A stretch of 64,000 nucleotides of DNA. It comes from Octopus vulgaris. Its lineage: Eukaryota. The position numbers and the translations under genes are program-made. Position 1 is the stretch's first letter. Every line of letters begins with the position of its first letter. A model generated the notes under the pieces. It saw only the letters and a list, made by a program, of their open reading frames with translations, had not been told where the DNA came from and ran no database searches. Below, piece after piece: positions 44,598 through 57,123 of the stretch. The stretch covers positions 48,546,001 to 48,610,000 of the forward strand of contig OX597824.1 of the NCBI GenBank assembly GCA_951406725.2, read 5' to 3'.

Positions 44598-44800
44598 CCT
44601 TTAAGGTATACACATTAGAAATTATGTAGATAGCAAAACAAGTAAAACAGTCATGTGCGTAAACACACACATGTATGTATTTATATCTATCTATGAGTTA
44701 CTATTTGCTTTTCTCTCTGTCACTCTCCCTTTCTCTTTTTCTATCTATCTATCTATCAGTCTATCTATATTTCTTTCTTTCTCTCTCTCTATTTATATAT

Positions 44801-45321
44801 GGTGGCTGCCCCCTCGTTATCGAGTATGGCCATTGCACGAAGCTTAATCAATATTGTTATCGTGCAATGCCTGTGCAAGAAGATTTTTTTTTAAAGTGAG
44901 GAAAGGCTGTGCACTGAGTCAGTCCCACTCACGAAGCAACAGCAGTCATAACCCGAAAAGAAGAACAGGTCAACATCATCGGTAACCACTGAGCCGCAAG
45001 TTTTATGTCGGAGTTATCCCAGTTACCTGAGTTACCTTCTCCTAGAAGGATGCCCTAACAAAGGCTAGGAGTCCTTCACTCCCAATGGTTTAATCGCGCG
45101 ATCGGGTATTCAGTCCGATTATTTCTATGTCCCCGCGCATGATACATCCTAAGGCATTTATTGGATGGCCGTTGACTGTCAAGAGTTCCTCCGCCCTTTG
45201 ACGGGTTTTGTTTTTCATTCCGCAGAGTGACCAATAAACACGTTGCCGGTTTAGTCGCTGACGACCCGACCATGCAACAGGTTTACTGGGTTACATGTTA
45301 CCAGTAGCACTCGAAAGTGAC

Positions 45322-45322
<1 letters not shown>
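44801..45322 (-). mobile_element. Bipartite non-autonomous RTE derivative (RTE 5' UTR fused to RTE 3' tail)
   Basis: 44803-44847 matches the LINE 3' end at 13814-13858 (44/45). 45030-45320 matches the RTE 5' UTR at 320-390 and 657-840. No ORF lies between. Confidence 0.75.
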
Positions 45323-45367
<45 letters not shown>

Positions 45368-45729
45368 GGCAGTTTGTCTGTGTGTGTTTCTGTGTGTCTG
45401 TTTGGTTGTACCCTCACCCTGACCACGGCTTTCAACCGATTCTGATGAAACTTGACACACACATAGCCCAATGTCATAATTCAAAACTAACGCAGCGAAA
45501 ATTTTGAAAAGTTCCCCCAGTTCTGAAATAAATCGATAAATTCGACATGGGGTCAAGAATCAGAAACACAAACCACAGACTGTCTAGGGTACGCAACTCG
45601 ACCTTTTTAACTAAAAAAAAATTACCATCTTTTTTTCCATTTTTTTGCTATTTTTTGGCTATAACTCTCTAAAAATGCTTTATAGTTATTTCCCTTACAA
45701 AACTGAGCAACGCCGGGCGATACTGCTAG
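45323..45729 (+). mobile_element. Non-autonomous Helitron (second subfamily)
   Basis: 3' end gagcaacgccgggcgatactgCTAG|T is identical to 15775-15799; internal sequence differs. Confidence 0.75.
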
Positions 45730-45747
45730 TATATATATATATATACA

Positions 45748-45817
<70 letters not shown>

Positions 45818-45825
45818 TATATAAA

Positions 45826-46024
45826 GTTAATCCGAACAAGAAAGCACAAAAAAACACAACAACGCGAGGACGTGGAACAAATATAGTATTATTGGACGCC
45901 CAGGAAAGAAGGAAAGAAGGAGGGTTTAACGTTTCGAGCGGAGCTCATCGTCGGAAACATAGGAGAAGGAAAGATCCAGAGAAGGGAAGACTGAGGAAAA
46001 AAATCGCCCACGGTACACACGCGG

Positions 46025-46026
<2 letters not shown>
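45826..46026 (-). mobile_element. Short Penelope-like pLTR/retrozyme piece with hammerhead motif at 45924-45958
   Basis: Minus strand gttt-CCGACGA-T-GAGC tcc GCTC-GAAAC-GTT-aaac; flanked by (TA)n. Confidence 0.6.
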
Positions 46027-46087
<61 letters not shown>

Positions 46088-46090
<3 letters not shown>

Positions 46091-46508
46091 ATATACATAT
46101 ATATTTCGGCGCAGGAGTGGCTGTGTGGTAAGAAGCTTGCTTTCCAACTACATGCTTCTGGGTTCAGTCCCACTGCGTGACACCTTGGTCAAGTGTCTTC
46201 TACTATAGCCTTGGGCTGACTAAAGCCTTGTCAGTGGATTTGGTTGACGGAAACTGAAAGAAACCAGTCGTATATATGTGTGTGTATTTGTATGGGTGGG
46301 TGCGTGTGTGTGGATTTGTGTGTCTGTGTTTCACCTCCCACCATCGCTTGATAACTGATGTTGGTATGTTTACGTCCCCGTAACTTAACAGTTCAGCAAA
46401 AGAGACCGATAGAATAAGTACTAGGCTGAGAAAGTATAAGTCCTTGAGTTAATTTGTTCGACCAAAGGCGATGCTCCAGTATAGCTGCAATCAAATGACT
46501 GAAACAAG
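46088..46508 (+). mobile_element. SINE family A, near full length; its 3' tip resumes at 48695
   Basis: ggcgcaggagtggctgtgtggtaagaagc ... atgactgaaacaag. Confidence 0.85.
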
Positions 46509-48694
46509 AATATATATATATATATATATATATATGTTAATAAAATAGAACATATGCATATATATAAACATATATGTACGTACCTACCTCTACATGTACA
46601 TATACATAAACAGTAAAAAAATATATATAAACAGTGGAAAAATAAATATATAACAGTGAGAGACAGGACAAGGAGAACAAGATAAGAAGGGCTGTTTACG
46701 CCAGACGAAAAAAGTATTGCAAACGCTGGATTATAGTGGACGACGAGAGAGAAGGAATGTCGACCAGTAGCCTTAGAAGGCGGGCGAGAAAAGACAGGAT
46801 AGCAGTTACGACGGAAGTATCGTCGCAGATGGACGACGGGAATGGGGGAGGAGGAGCAAGAGGAAGAGAGAGAAGAAGGGGAATGGTGCGAGGAGACCAT
46901 GAAGAATGGTGAGGGGGAGAGAGAGAATGAAGAATGAGAGAGAGAGGAAGAGACAAGTTAAGTGAGGGAAAAAAAGACGAAAAAGGGAATGGGATAGAAA
47001 GAAAGAAAGATGCAGAGTCGCGTGAGAGTTAATATCAAGGCTAACTTGATAAACAGAACAATCTTACTTAATAGGGTGCGTGCGTTTAGTCGTATAATAT
47101 GTTAATAAAATAGAACATATGCATATATATAAACATATATGTATGTACCTACCTCTACATGTACATATACACGCATATATGTGTACAGGACACCAAAAAG
47201 ACGTCGAACACATAGAGAGACGAAAAACATAGACACAAACCAAGGAACAGGACAAGCAAAAAATAGGGATACAGGACAATAAGCACAACGAAAAATCCCC
47301 TTCTTCAGTCGCTAAGGTTTCATCTACTCTACGTTTCGAAGGATAAAAGCGAGACGTATCTTCGAAGAAACTTCCTTCCTGCGAAAAGCAAATCAATTAA
47401 AATTCTGAGATCTTTTCGCAGAGGGGTAAAAAATGGTAAAAAAAAAAAAGCAAGACGGTAACGACAGTACAAACATATAAACGTTTATATGTTTGTACTG
47501 TCGTTACCGTCTTGCTTTTTTTTTTTACCATTTTTTACCCCTCTGCGAAAAGATCTCAGAATTTTAATTGATTTGCTTTTCGCAGGAAGGAAGTTTCTTC
47601 GAAGATACGTCTCGCTTTTATCCTTCGAAACGTAGAGTAGATGAAACCTTAGCGACTGAAGAAGGGGATTTTTCGTTGTGCTTATTGTCCTGTATCCCTT
47701 TTTTTTGCTTGTCCTGTTCCTTGGTTTGTGTCTATGTTTTTCATATATATATATATATATGCATATATACATACATATATGTACATACCAACATATATAT
47801 GCATATATACATGCAGATATGGGTACAGGACTTCAAAAAAACGTTGAACACAATGAGAAACGAAAACATAAAAACAAAAACATAGAAAAGAACGTTTTTC
47901 AAACAACGAAAAAAACAGAGAAACGAGACATACAACATTAAGAATATTCCCCTTCTTCAGTTGTCCCTGTTTCATCTAATCTGCGTACGAAGGCAAGGAC
48001 AAGTCGCGACTTCATTGAAACAGTCCTTCCCGCAAAGCAAATTAAATAAAATTTGGTATTTTTTTCCGGGGGGTGAAAGTGGTAACAAGAACAGGACAGT
48101 GAGAACAAAACAGTAAAATCAATAAAAAAGTAAAAACTGTAAAAGACAGATCAGTGAGAACAAAACAGTAAAAACAAACGATGAGGGCTGTTAAGTCAAG
48201 ACGATGGAAAAATTATTCTGAACGTTTAACTAGTCGAGCTTATGAAGAGACAGGATAAGCCCGTTTAGTCTTTGTGAGGGTAATAGTCGGAAAGATGGAT
48301 TCCCTCTCATCACGTGTCAGCAATGAGAGAGTCGAGGAGGAGAAGTGAGAGAGAGAGAGAGAGTGGTGAAGGGGAGAGGAGAAGGATAAGGAAGGGTAGG
48401 AGAGAAAACCAGAAAGGATGAAGAACAAGAGAGGGAGAGAGATAGACAGAGAAGAGATAGTAAAGAAGAAGAATGCGCATCGTAATTATTAAGATAAAAC
48501 TTACTTGGAAAAGGATGCGTGGTGTTCGATCATATAATGATATAAAAAATATATAAATATATGCATATATACATACATATATGTACTTACTTACATATAT
48601 GTGTATATATATACATGCATATATGGGTACAGGACATCAAAAAAACGTTGAACACAATGAGAAACGAATGCCACGCATCCTTTTCCAAGTAAGT
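46509..48694. mobile_element. Composite insertion of family E repeats (two subfamilies, tandem and inverted) flanked by a 14-bp duplication
   Basis: atgactgaaacaag at 46495-46508 and 48695-48708; direct repeats 46535-46606/47100-47171 and 47755-47862/48555-48666. Confidence 0.65.
47222..47742. repeat. ~520-bp spacer-less palindrome centred at 47482/47483
   Basis: ..acagtacaaacatataaac|gtttatatgtttgtactgt..; arms ~260 bp with one substitution and one homopolymer indel seen. Confidence 0.95.
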
Positions 48695-49897
48695 ATGACT
48701 GAAACAAGTAAAAGAGTATGTGTGTGTATATATATATATATATATCTGTGTGTGTGTGTGTGTGTGTGTGTATTCACAGGAAAGTGGGAGACGTGGTGAG
48801 AGAGAGAAGTGACCTTAGATGGGATATGTGTTCATGTAAGTGGAAGAGGAAGAAAAGAAGGAAAAGTAGAAGGAAGAAGAGGAGGAGGAGAAGAACGTGG
48901 AGAAGGAGGCGGGGTACGACCATAACGACGAAGAGAAAAGAGAAAAGTAGGAACAATGCAATGAAACATGTAAGAGCGGTGGTGTTTGTGGTGGCGGTGG
49001 TAGCGCTGGTGGTGCCAGTGGTGGAGAAGTGGATGGTGGTGTAAAGATTGAAAAGTATGGATCTTTGGATTGGTAGATCAAAATAACATGTTTGGGAATT
49101 CTTTTTATCGATTAACTTCTAAATGGAGCCAAAATAATATTGATGTTTGAAAATACCAGAGAATGTCAGTTGAGACTGGTGTGCAAAGATCCTGGGATAA
49201 ATTCCCAGATAGATGTCGCCAGCTGTTTTATAACCGGTAATGGTGATAGTGGGAATGATGGAGATGATGATGGATATTGGTGGTGGTGGTGGTGGTGGTG
49301 GTAAGATAGGTGGTTGTCGATGGTAGTTGTGGTAGTGGTAGTGACGGTAGTGGTGATGATGATGTTGGTGCTGGTGGTGATGTTGAATTGTGGTGATACT
49401 GTTGGTAGTGGTGGTAATGGTGGTGGTTGTGGTGGTGGTTGTAATGGTGGTGGTTGTTGTGGTGCTGTTTTTGTTGTTAGTGGTGGGAGGAGTGGTTTCA
49501 GTTTTGTTTCTAATGTTGACTGTATTGACGGTGTTGATGATGATGATAATGATGTTGGTTTTGGTATTGGTGTTTGCTGATGACGATGATGGTAATGCAG
49601 GTGGTAGTGGTGTTTTTCTTAGTTTTGTTGTTTAGTTCCCTGAACTCCGATGAAGTAAAGTAACGCTAAAAGGCATTCCAGCCGTGGTCATCCACTCGAT
49701 TAAGGTTATTCATTACATTTTCTTACAGTGTACCATCCTCCTTTTAAGATCTGAGGGATATATGGCTGCTATTTTCTTTCTTTTTCGTTTATACCGTTGT
49801 GAGGGTGGGACTGAAAGTTTTGAGTGCTATTTCGAGCAAGTCAGGCGACCACAGAAAGGCAACTCTTCTCTCATCGATCTCTTAACAGTTGCTGTTG

Positions 49898-49929
<32 letters not shown>

Positions 49930-50164
49930 GGTGGTGGTGGTGGTGGTGGTGGTGTTTCAGTTTTCTTATAATAAAAATTTCATTTAACGGCATTTCATCT
50001 TTGACCAACGGTCTTTCGCTTAGAGATATTCTAGATCGAGTATTAGACTGACATCATCTATCGAAGACTACAAGGTGAAGTGGCTTTTTTGTGTGATACT
50101 GGTGGTTGCAGTGATAGAATGCTGGATGTGCAGGTAGCTGTGGTAGTTTAAAAAGCTCTCTGAC

Positions 50165-50425
50165 TTGAGCCAGCAGGCCCATTAAGCCAGGCCTTACATC
50201 AGTTTCTGTGATATTCAGCAACTGCAAGTACAAGACGCTCCCTCCTCACCTGGATGAGATGCCAGTTCGTCGCGAGGTTAACCTCAAGCTGTTGCTAATA
50301 CTTATTTTCAAATAAGCAGAATGGAGCGACGTGAGATGAAGTGCCTTGCTCAAGGGCTGCTTGTTCCAGGAGTCGAACCCGCAGCTTTATAATGAACACT
50401 ATTCAACATCCTAACAATTGGACCA
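50165..50425 (-). mobile_element. SINE family C-related copy
   Basis: gtgagatgaagtgccttgctcaagg..ggagtcgaacccgc is the reverse tRNA head plus ccttgagcaaggcact motif. Confidence 0.55.
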
Positions 50426-51317
50426 TGGATAATGAAACGGGCAACGATGATCATGATTGTTATGAAGACGATGATAGTAGTAGTGATGGTCGCTGTGGTG
50501 GACTTATGGTCAAAGTCATTCTAGCCGTGATCATCCCATAAGTTTGGAGTTATCTAAAATTATATCATTTAATGTTTCCTTCAATTTTTGAAGTCGATGT
50601 GAGTTTATGTTGTGGGTGATACGGCTGCTATTTCTTGTAGGTGCAGCAACCACCCGATAGTGGTACTAATGGATGCTACAGTGAAGAGACTTGCCTAAGC
50701 CTATTTCTTTCATTTTCCTTGATTCAACATTTCGTTTGTGGCCCATTCGGATCTCCTTACAAGTGTAAATACCTCCAAGAAAGGCCAAACGCCTTAGTCT
50801 TCCTTTTCTGGGTTTGAATGAATCTCTTGTTTTATAGTTGTAATTTAACTCTTGGTCAATCCTGCTTAAGCATACCTATAATCAACAGCATTCCAATTGT
50901 GACCATCCCATCCTTAATCTTTCAGACCGAGCTAACGAAGAAACCTCAGCCTTCTAGACCAGTTGTTTTCAACTGCTGTGCTGCTGCATATGTCTGTAAT
51001 GTATATGATTTGTAGGTGTGATGCGAGGTTTTGAGGTGTGTCCAAAAATATTTAGGGAACTTGAGTGTCTTAAATGCGCCACACTGCTACATGTGCTTTT
51101 CCGTGCAGCTACATGCGATTTATGCATACATTTCTGTCGCAATTTATGCATAGATCTCTATCACAAATTTCATCCCCAGTTTAGAGCGGTGAATTAAAGG
51201 ATTTGTTACAGATGTTATAATATTAGTTTCGGCCCTTGACACTTTTGAGTTCTTGGGTTTAATGCCACCATGTGGTCCTTGGGTTTCATTAGTACAGTTT
51301 ATCCTGTTGTAATGACG

Positions 51318-52022
51318 GTGTGTGGACTGGTGGTTAGGGTGTTCAGTTATTAATCGTATGATAGTGGGTTCAATTTTATGGGTGTTCTATCCTTCAGCAA
51401 GACACTTCATTTCATGCTGCCTCAGTCTACTAGGTTGGAAGTGTGTACCATTCTTCTGCTGCTGTATCCCTCTCTCCCAACAAGCTGTCACATCCTGGAT
51501 ATGCCACTGGATCAAGAATAAAGAACTTGAGAGACTGTCTATGTCTCCTCGCAAATTCCGAAAACATGTTACCAAGTTGTACACGCTCGCGAGTGACAGC
51601 CAAGGAACTTCCCATTGAATGTAAACGTAGAATATGGCTTAAGGGAAAATACTTTCTACCCAGCTGTAAACGGTATGAGCTTAATGCTGGTGTAGTCCCC
51701 GGCCCTTCACCCTTCAGCTGTTATATCCTGAATATTCCAATGAATCATCGGAACAGCTTGCTCGTGAAATTAACGTGCAAGTCGCTGAGCACTCGACAGA
51801 CACGTGTGCCCTTAACGTACTTCTCATGGAGATTCAGTGTGACACAGAATGTAACAAGGCTGACCCTTTGAATTACAGGTGTTACTTATTTTTGCCAGCT
51901 GAGTGGACTGGGGGAATGTGAAATAAAGTGTCTTGCTCAAGGACAAAACGCGTCGCTAGGAATTGAATTCACGACCTTACGATCGTGAGCCGAATACCCA
52001 AACCACTGAACCACGCGACTTC
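51318..52022. mobile_element. Two SINE family C copies in inverted orientation (51318-51620 plus; 51735-52022 minus)
   Basis: Both show a tRNA-like head (gtggtt.gggt.ttc.g.t...atcgta.g..gtg.gttcaatt) and ccttgagcaagacactt.atttca. Confidence 0.7.
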
Positions 52023-52337
52023 GCTCGAGACTACATACGCACCAAAAGCAATTAGCAAAAGAATGATACACCATACTCGTTTGCGGATGGTGGTTGGCTG
52101 TACTATATTTTAGTTTTTACAATGTCGCAAGCATTCACAGCAGATTTTTCGTTTCAAGGTAACTTCAAACATTCTCGGTGATACCGAACAAAGAAAAAAG
52201 GTGAGGAGCAGAGGAGGCACTAGCAGTAAAAATAAAAATAGATAAAATAAACAATGTTTAAAATCTCATGGTTTTTGGCACCTTCTTGGGTTGATTGTGA
52301 ATAGAAGATTGATAATCACTGTAGGCGTGGTTATTGG

Positions 52338-52547
52338 CGCAAGTGTAAGGCTGTGTGGTTTGTTTCCTAATCTTATAGTTCCGAACTTAGTACCACTGCG
52401 TGGTACCATGGGCAAGTGTCTTCTGCTATAACCTTGAGTCGACCAAAGCCATATAAGTGGATTTAGTAGACAGAAACTCAAAGAACCAAATGGTGTGTGT
52501 GTGTGTGTCTGTGTGTATGTATGTGTGTGTGTGTGTGTGTGTGTGTT

Positions 52548-52585
<38 letters not shown>

Positions 52586-52785
52586 CGTGCGTGCGTGCAT
52601 CTTTGTGCTTGTCCATGACCATCACTCGACAATCGGTGTTGGTTTGCTTACGTCCCCTTAATTTAGTGATTCGGGAAAGTGACCGATAGAATAGGTAAAA
52701 TAGTCGATTTACTTGGCTAGAACCCTTCAAAATACTGCCCCGACATGGTCACAGTCCAATAATTGGAACAAGTAAACGGCAAAAG
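52338..52785 (+). mobile_element. SINE family A
   Basis: ccactgcgtggtaccatgggcaagtgtcttctgctata ... gaccgatagaatag. Confidence 0.75.
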
Positions 52786-53114
52786 ATATATGATATAACG
52801 GACTATTCTCTTTTCAATCGCCCCCAATCGTCTGAAATGAAGAAGGATGCAATGAACAATTTCACTCACTAATCTCCACAAATGCGGGTAAGTCACGACT
52901 GGAAGGCCTGCCATCAAAGACAAATAGGCTTTTCAATATAGCAGTACAGTAGTTTCTCTAAGAAAAACTGGAGTTCTAGGTTCAATATAAAGGTGAGAAT
53001 ATTCATAGAAATGGTGCGAATATCAATGAATGACACGCAAACATCTTCCATAGAAATTTCCGCCACGTTGACAAGGCTTCACAACTGATGCCATATTTCA
53101 TCGTTTTAACACTT

Positions 53115-53249
53115 TCACCTTGACATTCTTTCACTTGACATCGACCATTTTGCATTCCCGTACACGTTCCCTCAACCTCAACACCCTACTCTGTCATTTG
53201 TCTTTCTTTTTCTCTCCCCTCCTTTCTCTCTCTCCCTCCTTTCTCTCTC

Positions 53250-53319
<70 letters not shown>

Positions 53320-53466
53320 ATCTATCAATTCATCTATTTATCTATCTATCCATCTAACTGTCTGCTTGTCTTTCTGTCTGTTTACTTACTTTTCAACATA
53401 AACATACACAGTCAGACGTGTGGATGTATATGTGCGTGCGTTTATTTATTCTGTGTCCGTGCATGT

Positions 53467-53509
<43 letters not shown>

Positions 53510-53663
53510 GAGAGAGAGAGAGAGAGAGAGAATAGATAGAGAAATTAATATTTGGCAGAAGTAACAGAGTGACTCAACATCCAAGAGTTTCGTGCGTTAG
53601 CAGACAAGTAGACCGAGAAAGCTAGCCAGCTAGCTCGTTAAATAGATAGATAGATAGATAGAC

Positions 53664-53712
<49 letters not shown>

Positions 53713-53982
53713 CATACATACATACATACATACATACATACATACATAAATAGAGAGAGAGAGGGAGGGGGGGAGAGGTAGAAAGAAGAAAGGAAAATGA
53801 TGGAGTAGGGTGTTAAGGTAGAGGAAACGTGAACGGGAATGTAAAATGGACGATGTCTGCTGAAAGTTCAATAAGTGACCACGCACCAAACTCTCGGACC
53901 TTAATCACTCTGTTGCTTGTGCTAAATATTAATAAAATATACATATACTCATATTTTGAGTTCTATTTTTCATGTTTGCCCC
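53115..53982. repeat. Unclassified repeat, two copies forming a fold-back; third partial copy at 58364-58480
   Basis: 53115-53330 is ~80% reverse complement of 53640-53878; 53865-53980 is the reverse complement of 58364-58480. Confidence 0.7.
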
Positions 53983-53990
53983 AACATACC

Positions 53991-54077
<87 letters not shown>

Positions 54078-54315
54078 GCAAGATTACTATTATTATATTA
54101 TTATTAGTAAGGAGAGACACACAAATAAGAAAGAAGAAAACAAGAAAGCAAAGAACCATTGATGCGGTCACAGGAGTGTGACGAAAGAACTCTGGCCGAA
54201 ATAATATTAAGATTAATCTAATAAATAAATAACACTGAAGCAAAGTAACACCAAATATATAGTGCATGTGTTTTTATTGGCTAAACTGGCAAAATGACCA
54301 TTCCGAAATACAACA

Positions 54316-54362
<47 letters not shown>

Positions 54363-55041
54363 GAGGGTTATTCAAAAGGAATGAACCGATTTCATGACGC
54401 AATATCTTAATAAGGAAAAGCAGTAGGAAACTCCAACTAAGTCACAAATAGTTACTCACACTCAGCTTTTATTTCCTGTCTTATGCGTGTTCAAATTGGC
54501 CACCACCTGCAGCACGGCCTGCAATAAGAGAATTCTTCCCAGACGCGTTTCAGTATATCACGATCCACTGAGTTGATGGCTGTTCTTATTCGATGTTAAA
54601 GGTCATCGAGGTTAGTGGGTAGCGACGGAACATAAACTCGATCCTTTACATATCCCTACAAGAAAAAAATCACACACGGTGAGGTCTGGGGATCTCGCAA
54701 GCCAAGCACAAAGAGCAAGGTCTTGGGCCCCTTACCGACCAATCCATCGTTGTGGTACTTTTTCATTTAAATAAGCTAGAACCATCAGGTGCCAATGGGG
54801 CGGGGCTCCATCTTGTTGAAAAATGAAGTTATGCAAATCATGCTGATACGCGTCTGGGAGGAATTCTTTCATCGCATTGATTTTGCCCGTGTGGCAGGTG
54901 GTGGCCACATTGAAAACTTACAAGGCAGGAAATAAAAGTTGATTGTGAGTAAATACTTGTGATTTAGCTGGAGTTTTCTATTGAGTTTCCTTATTAAAAT
55001 ATTGCGTAATGAAATCGGTTCATTCTTTATGAATAACCCTG
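54363..55041 (-). mobile_element. Internally deleted Tc1/IS630-superfamily element with ~155-bp TIRs
   Basis: TA|gagggttattcaaaaggaatgaaccgatttcat .. atgaaatcggttcattctttatgaataaccctg|TA; internal QQDGAPPHW..WIGR..GYVKDRVY..DDL*HRIRTAI..VWEEF. Confidence 0.85.
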
Positions 55042-55115
55042 TATGTGTGTGTGTGTGTCCCTTTATCTCTCTTTCTGTGTCTTTTCCTCTCCCTTTACCT
55101 CCTCTCTCTCTCTCT

Positions 55116-55162
<47 letters not shown>

Positions 55163-55502
55163 TAGAGGGAGAGCCAGAGAAAGAAAGAAAATGAGAGAGA
55201 GAGAGAAAGAGAATAGAGGAAGAGAGAAAGAAAGGAGAGAGTGAGAAAGAATGCTTAAAATAGTGTTTGAAGTAACTTCTCAATAATGATAGCTGTCTTC
55301 TAAATAGAACTCCAATATAAATATTAACCTCTTCTCCTATTTGTTCATCTTTCACAGTAAAAGGAGGCAGTCACAGAACATGGCCATCGCCAAGTATCTG
55401 ACAGATGTTGCATATGCACATCGCTCCCGCACCCTCTTACACGCACACACATACACACACAATCAGAAAACGACACAGTTATCGCACACGTGCATACACA
55501 CA

Positions 55503-55569
<67 letters not shown>

Positions 55570-55741
55570 ATGCACACACACACGCGTACAATCAGGCACT
55601 CGTGTTTGCTAATTCATGCATTCAATAGAGCTGTGTAGTGTTATGTATTTGTATATCTGAGTATATGTGTATAGATATGTGCATGTTTTGTCTCTGTATG
55701 TGAATGTGTTTATGAAAATGTGTGTGTGTGTGTTTGTGTGT

Positions 55742-55806
<65 letters not shown>

Positions 55807-56973
55807 GGTAAATAACGGCATACTTTCGATAGCGACAAAGGCGAATCAACAGAGCGAACTTCAGCTAATGTTAAATGTAAACAACAGCAACAGCAGCAGC
55901 AACATTAGCAGCAGCACAAGCAACAGCAACAACAACAACAACAACGACAGCAATGATAGCAACAACAAATATAACAACTGCAGCAGGAGCAGCACAACAA
56001 GAATAACAAAAGCGACAGCAATAACACTAGCAACAACGACATTAGCAACAACAATAACGAACAGCATACGAACAGCAAATACCAATAGAAGTGATAGCAT
56101 TAGCAACAACAATATTCAACAACAATAATAATCATAATCATGACAAAAATTGTTACACAAACGGCGATGATAACAACAACAATCATAACAACAACAGCAA
56201 CAACAACAACAACAACAACAACCAATGGTGAGGTGCGGAGTCGTTTGACGAAGTCTGGTGTATTCTTAAAAAGCTTTGCGATCAATAAAACAGAAATAGA
56301 TCATAACGAAACGCTTCTTCTTAAGCTTCTCGCTCTCTTTCCACTCTCTCTTCTCTCTCTCTCTCTGTTTGTCTGTTCGTTGATCTGTCTCTCTACCTCT
56401 CCATCCATCTCTCTCTCCCTCTCTCCCTCCTCTCTCTCTCTCTCTCCCTCTCTCTTTATTCCAACGTGCCATTCTTTACACATACGTACATCCTCTATCA
56501 ACTTTGTTATTTCATCTTTCTTTCATACTCCCGTCTACTTTTCTTCCGCCGTTTTTTTATTCTTTTTTGCTTTTCGTTTTGCTGTTCGTTTTGCTTCTAA
56601 AAATTTTTTAAAAACTACTATATTAAAACTAAAATTCTGAGGGAAAATATTTTTGAAGAAGTTAGAAACATTTTCGTTTATATATTTTTTAAGAAATACG
56701 AAAAATCATTGAATTCGGAAGAGAAACACTAATCTATCGATCTGATTTTCAATCGAATGATCTCCCATTTCGATTTCTATCTACGCTCTTTCCTCTCTTT
56801 CTTCGCCCCTTGTTAGTGCTAACACATTCATTCTTACACCCACACACACATATGTGTGTTCGTCAATGGACGAAACTCTCAGCCCTTGTAACTTCTGCCG
56901 ATTAATGAAAAACTATATGCGAGTATACGCGCATATGTTTTGAGTCCTGTTTTCCTGTTTGCATCATCAAACC

Positions 56974-57004
<31 letters not shown>

Positions 57005-57123
57005 ATGTACGTTTGTACACACACACACATATAATGAAGAGAGAGTAATTGATATGAATGTGTATCAGGCCAATTTGTAACGTTGAGAGTAGCATAAAAG
57101 AAGGCGAAATCAATATATGTATA

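Noticed and set aside
46088-46175. tRNA genes
   Set aside because: tRNA-like A/B boxes are SINE heads continuing into SINE bodies; no full cloverleaf.
47630-47670. Type II hammerhead from GAAAC..CTGAAGA
   Set aside because: Stem I does not pair and stem II register is poor; kept only as a remark under family E.
49240-49960. Gly/Val/Cys-rich ORFs
   Set aside because: Degenerate (GGT)/(GTT) microsatellites.
55667-56230. N/S/T/Q-rich ORF resembling a low-complexity transcription-factor exon
   Set aside because: Built from TG and CAA/CAG repeats, with no domain or splice support.
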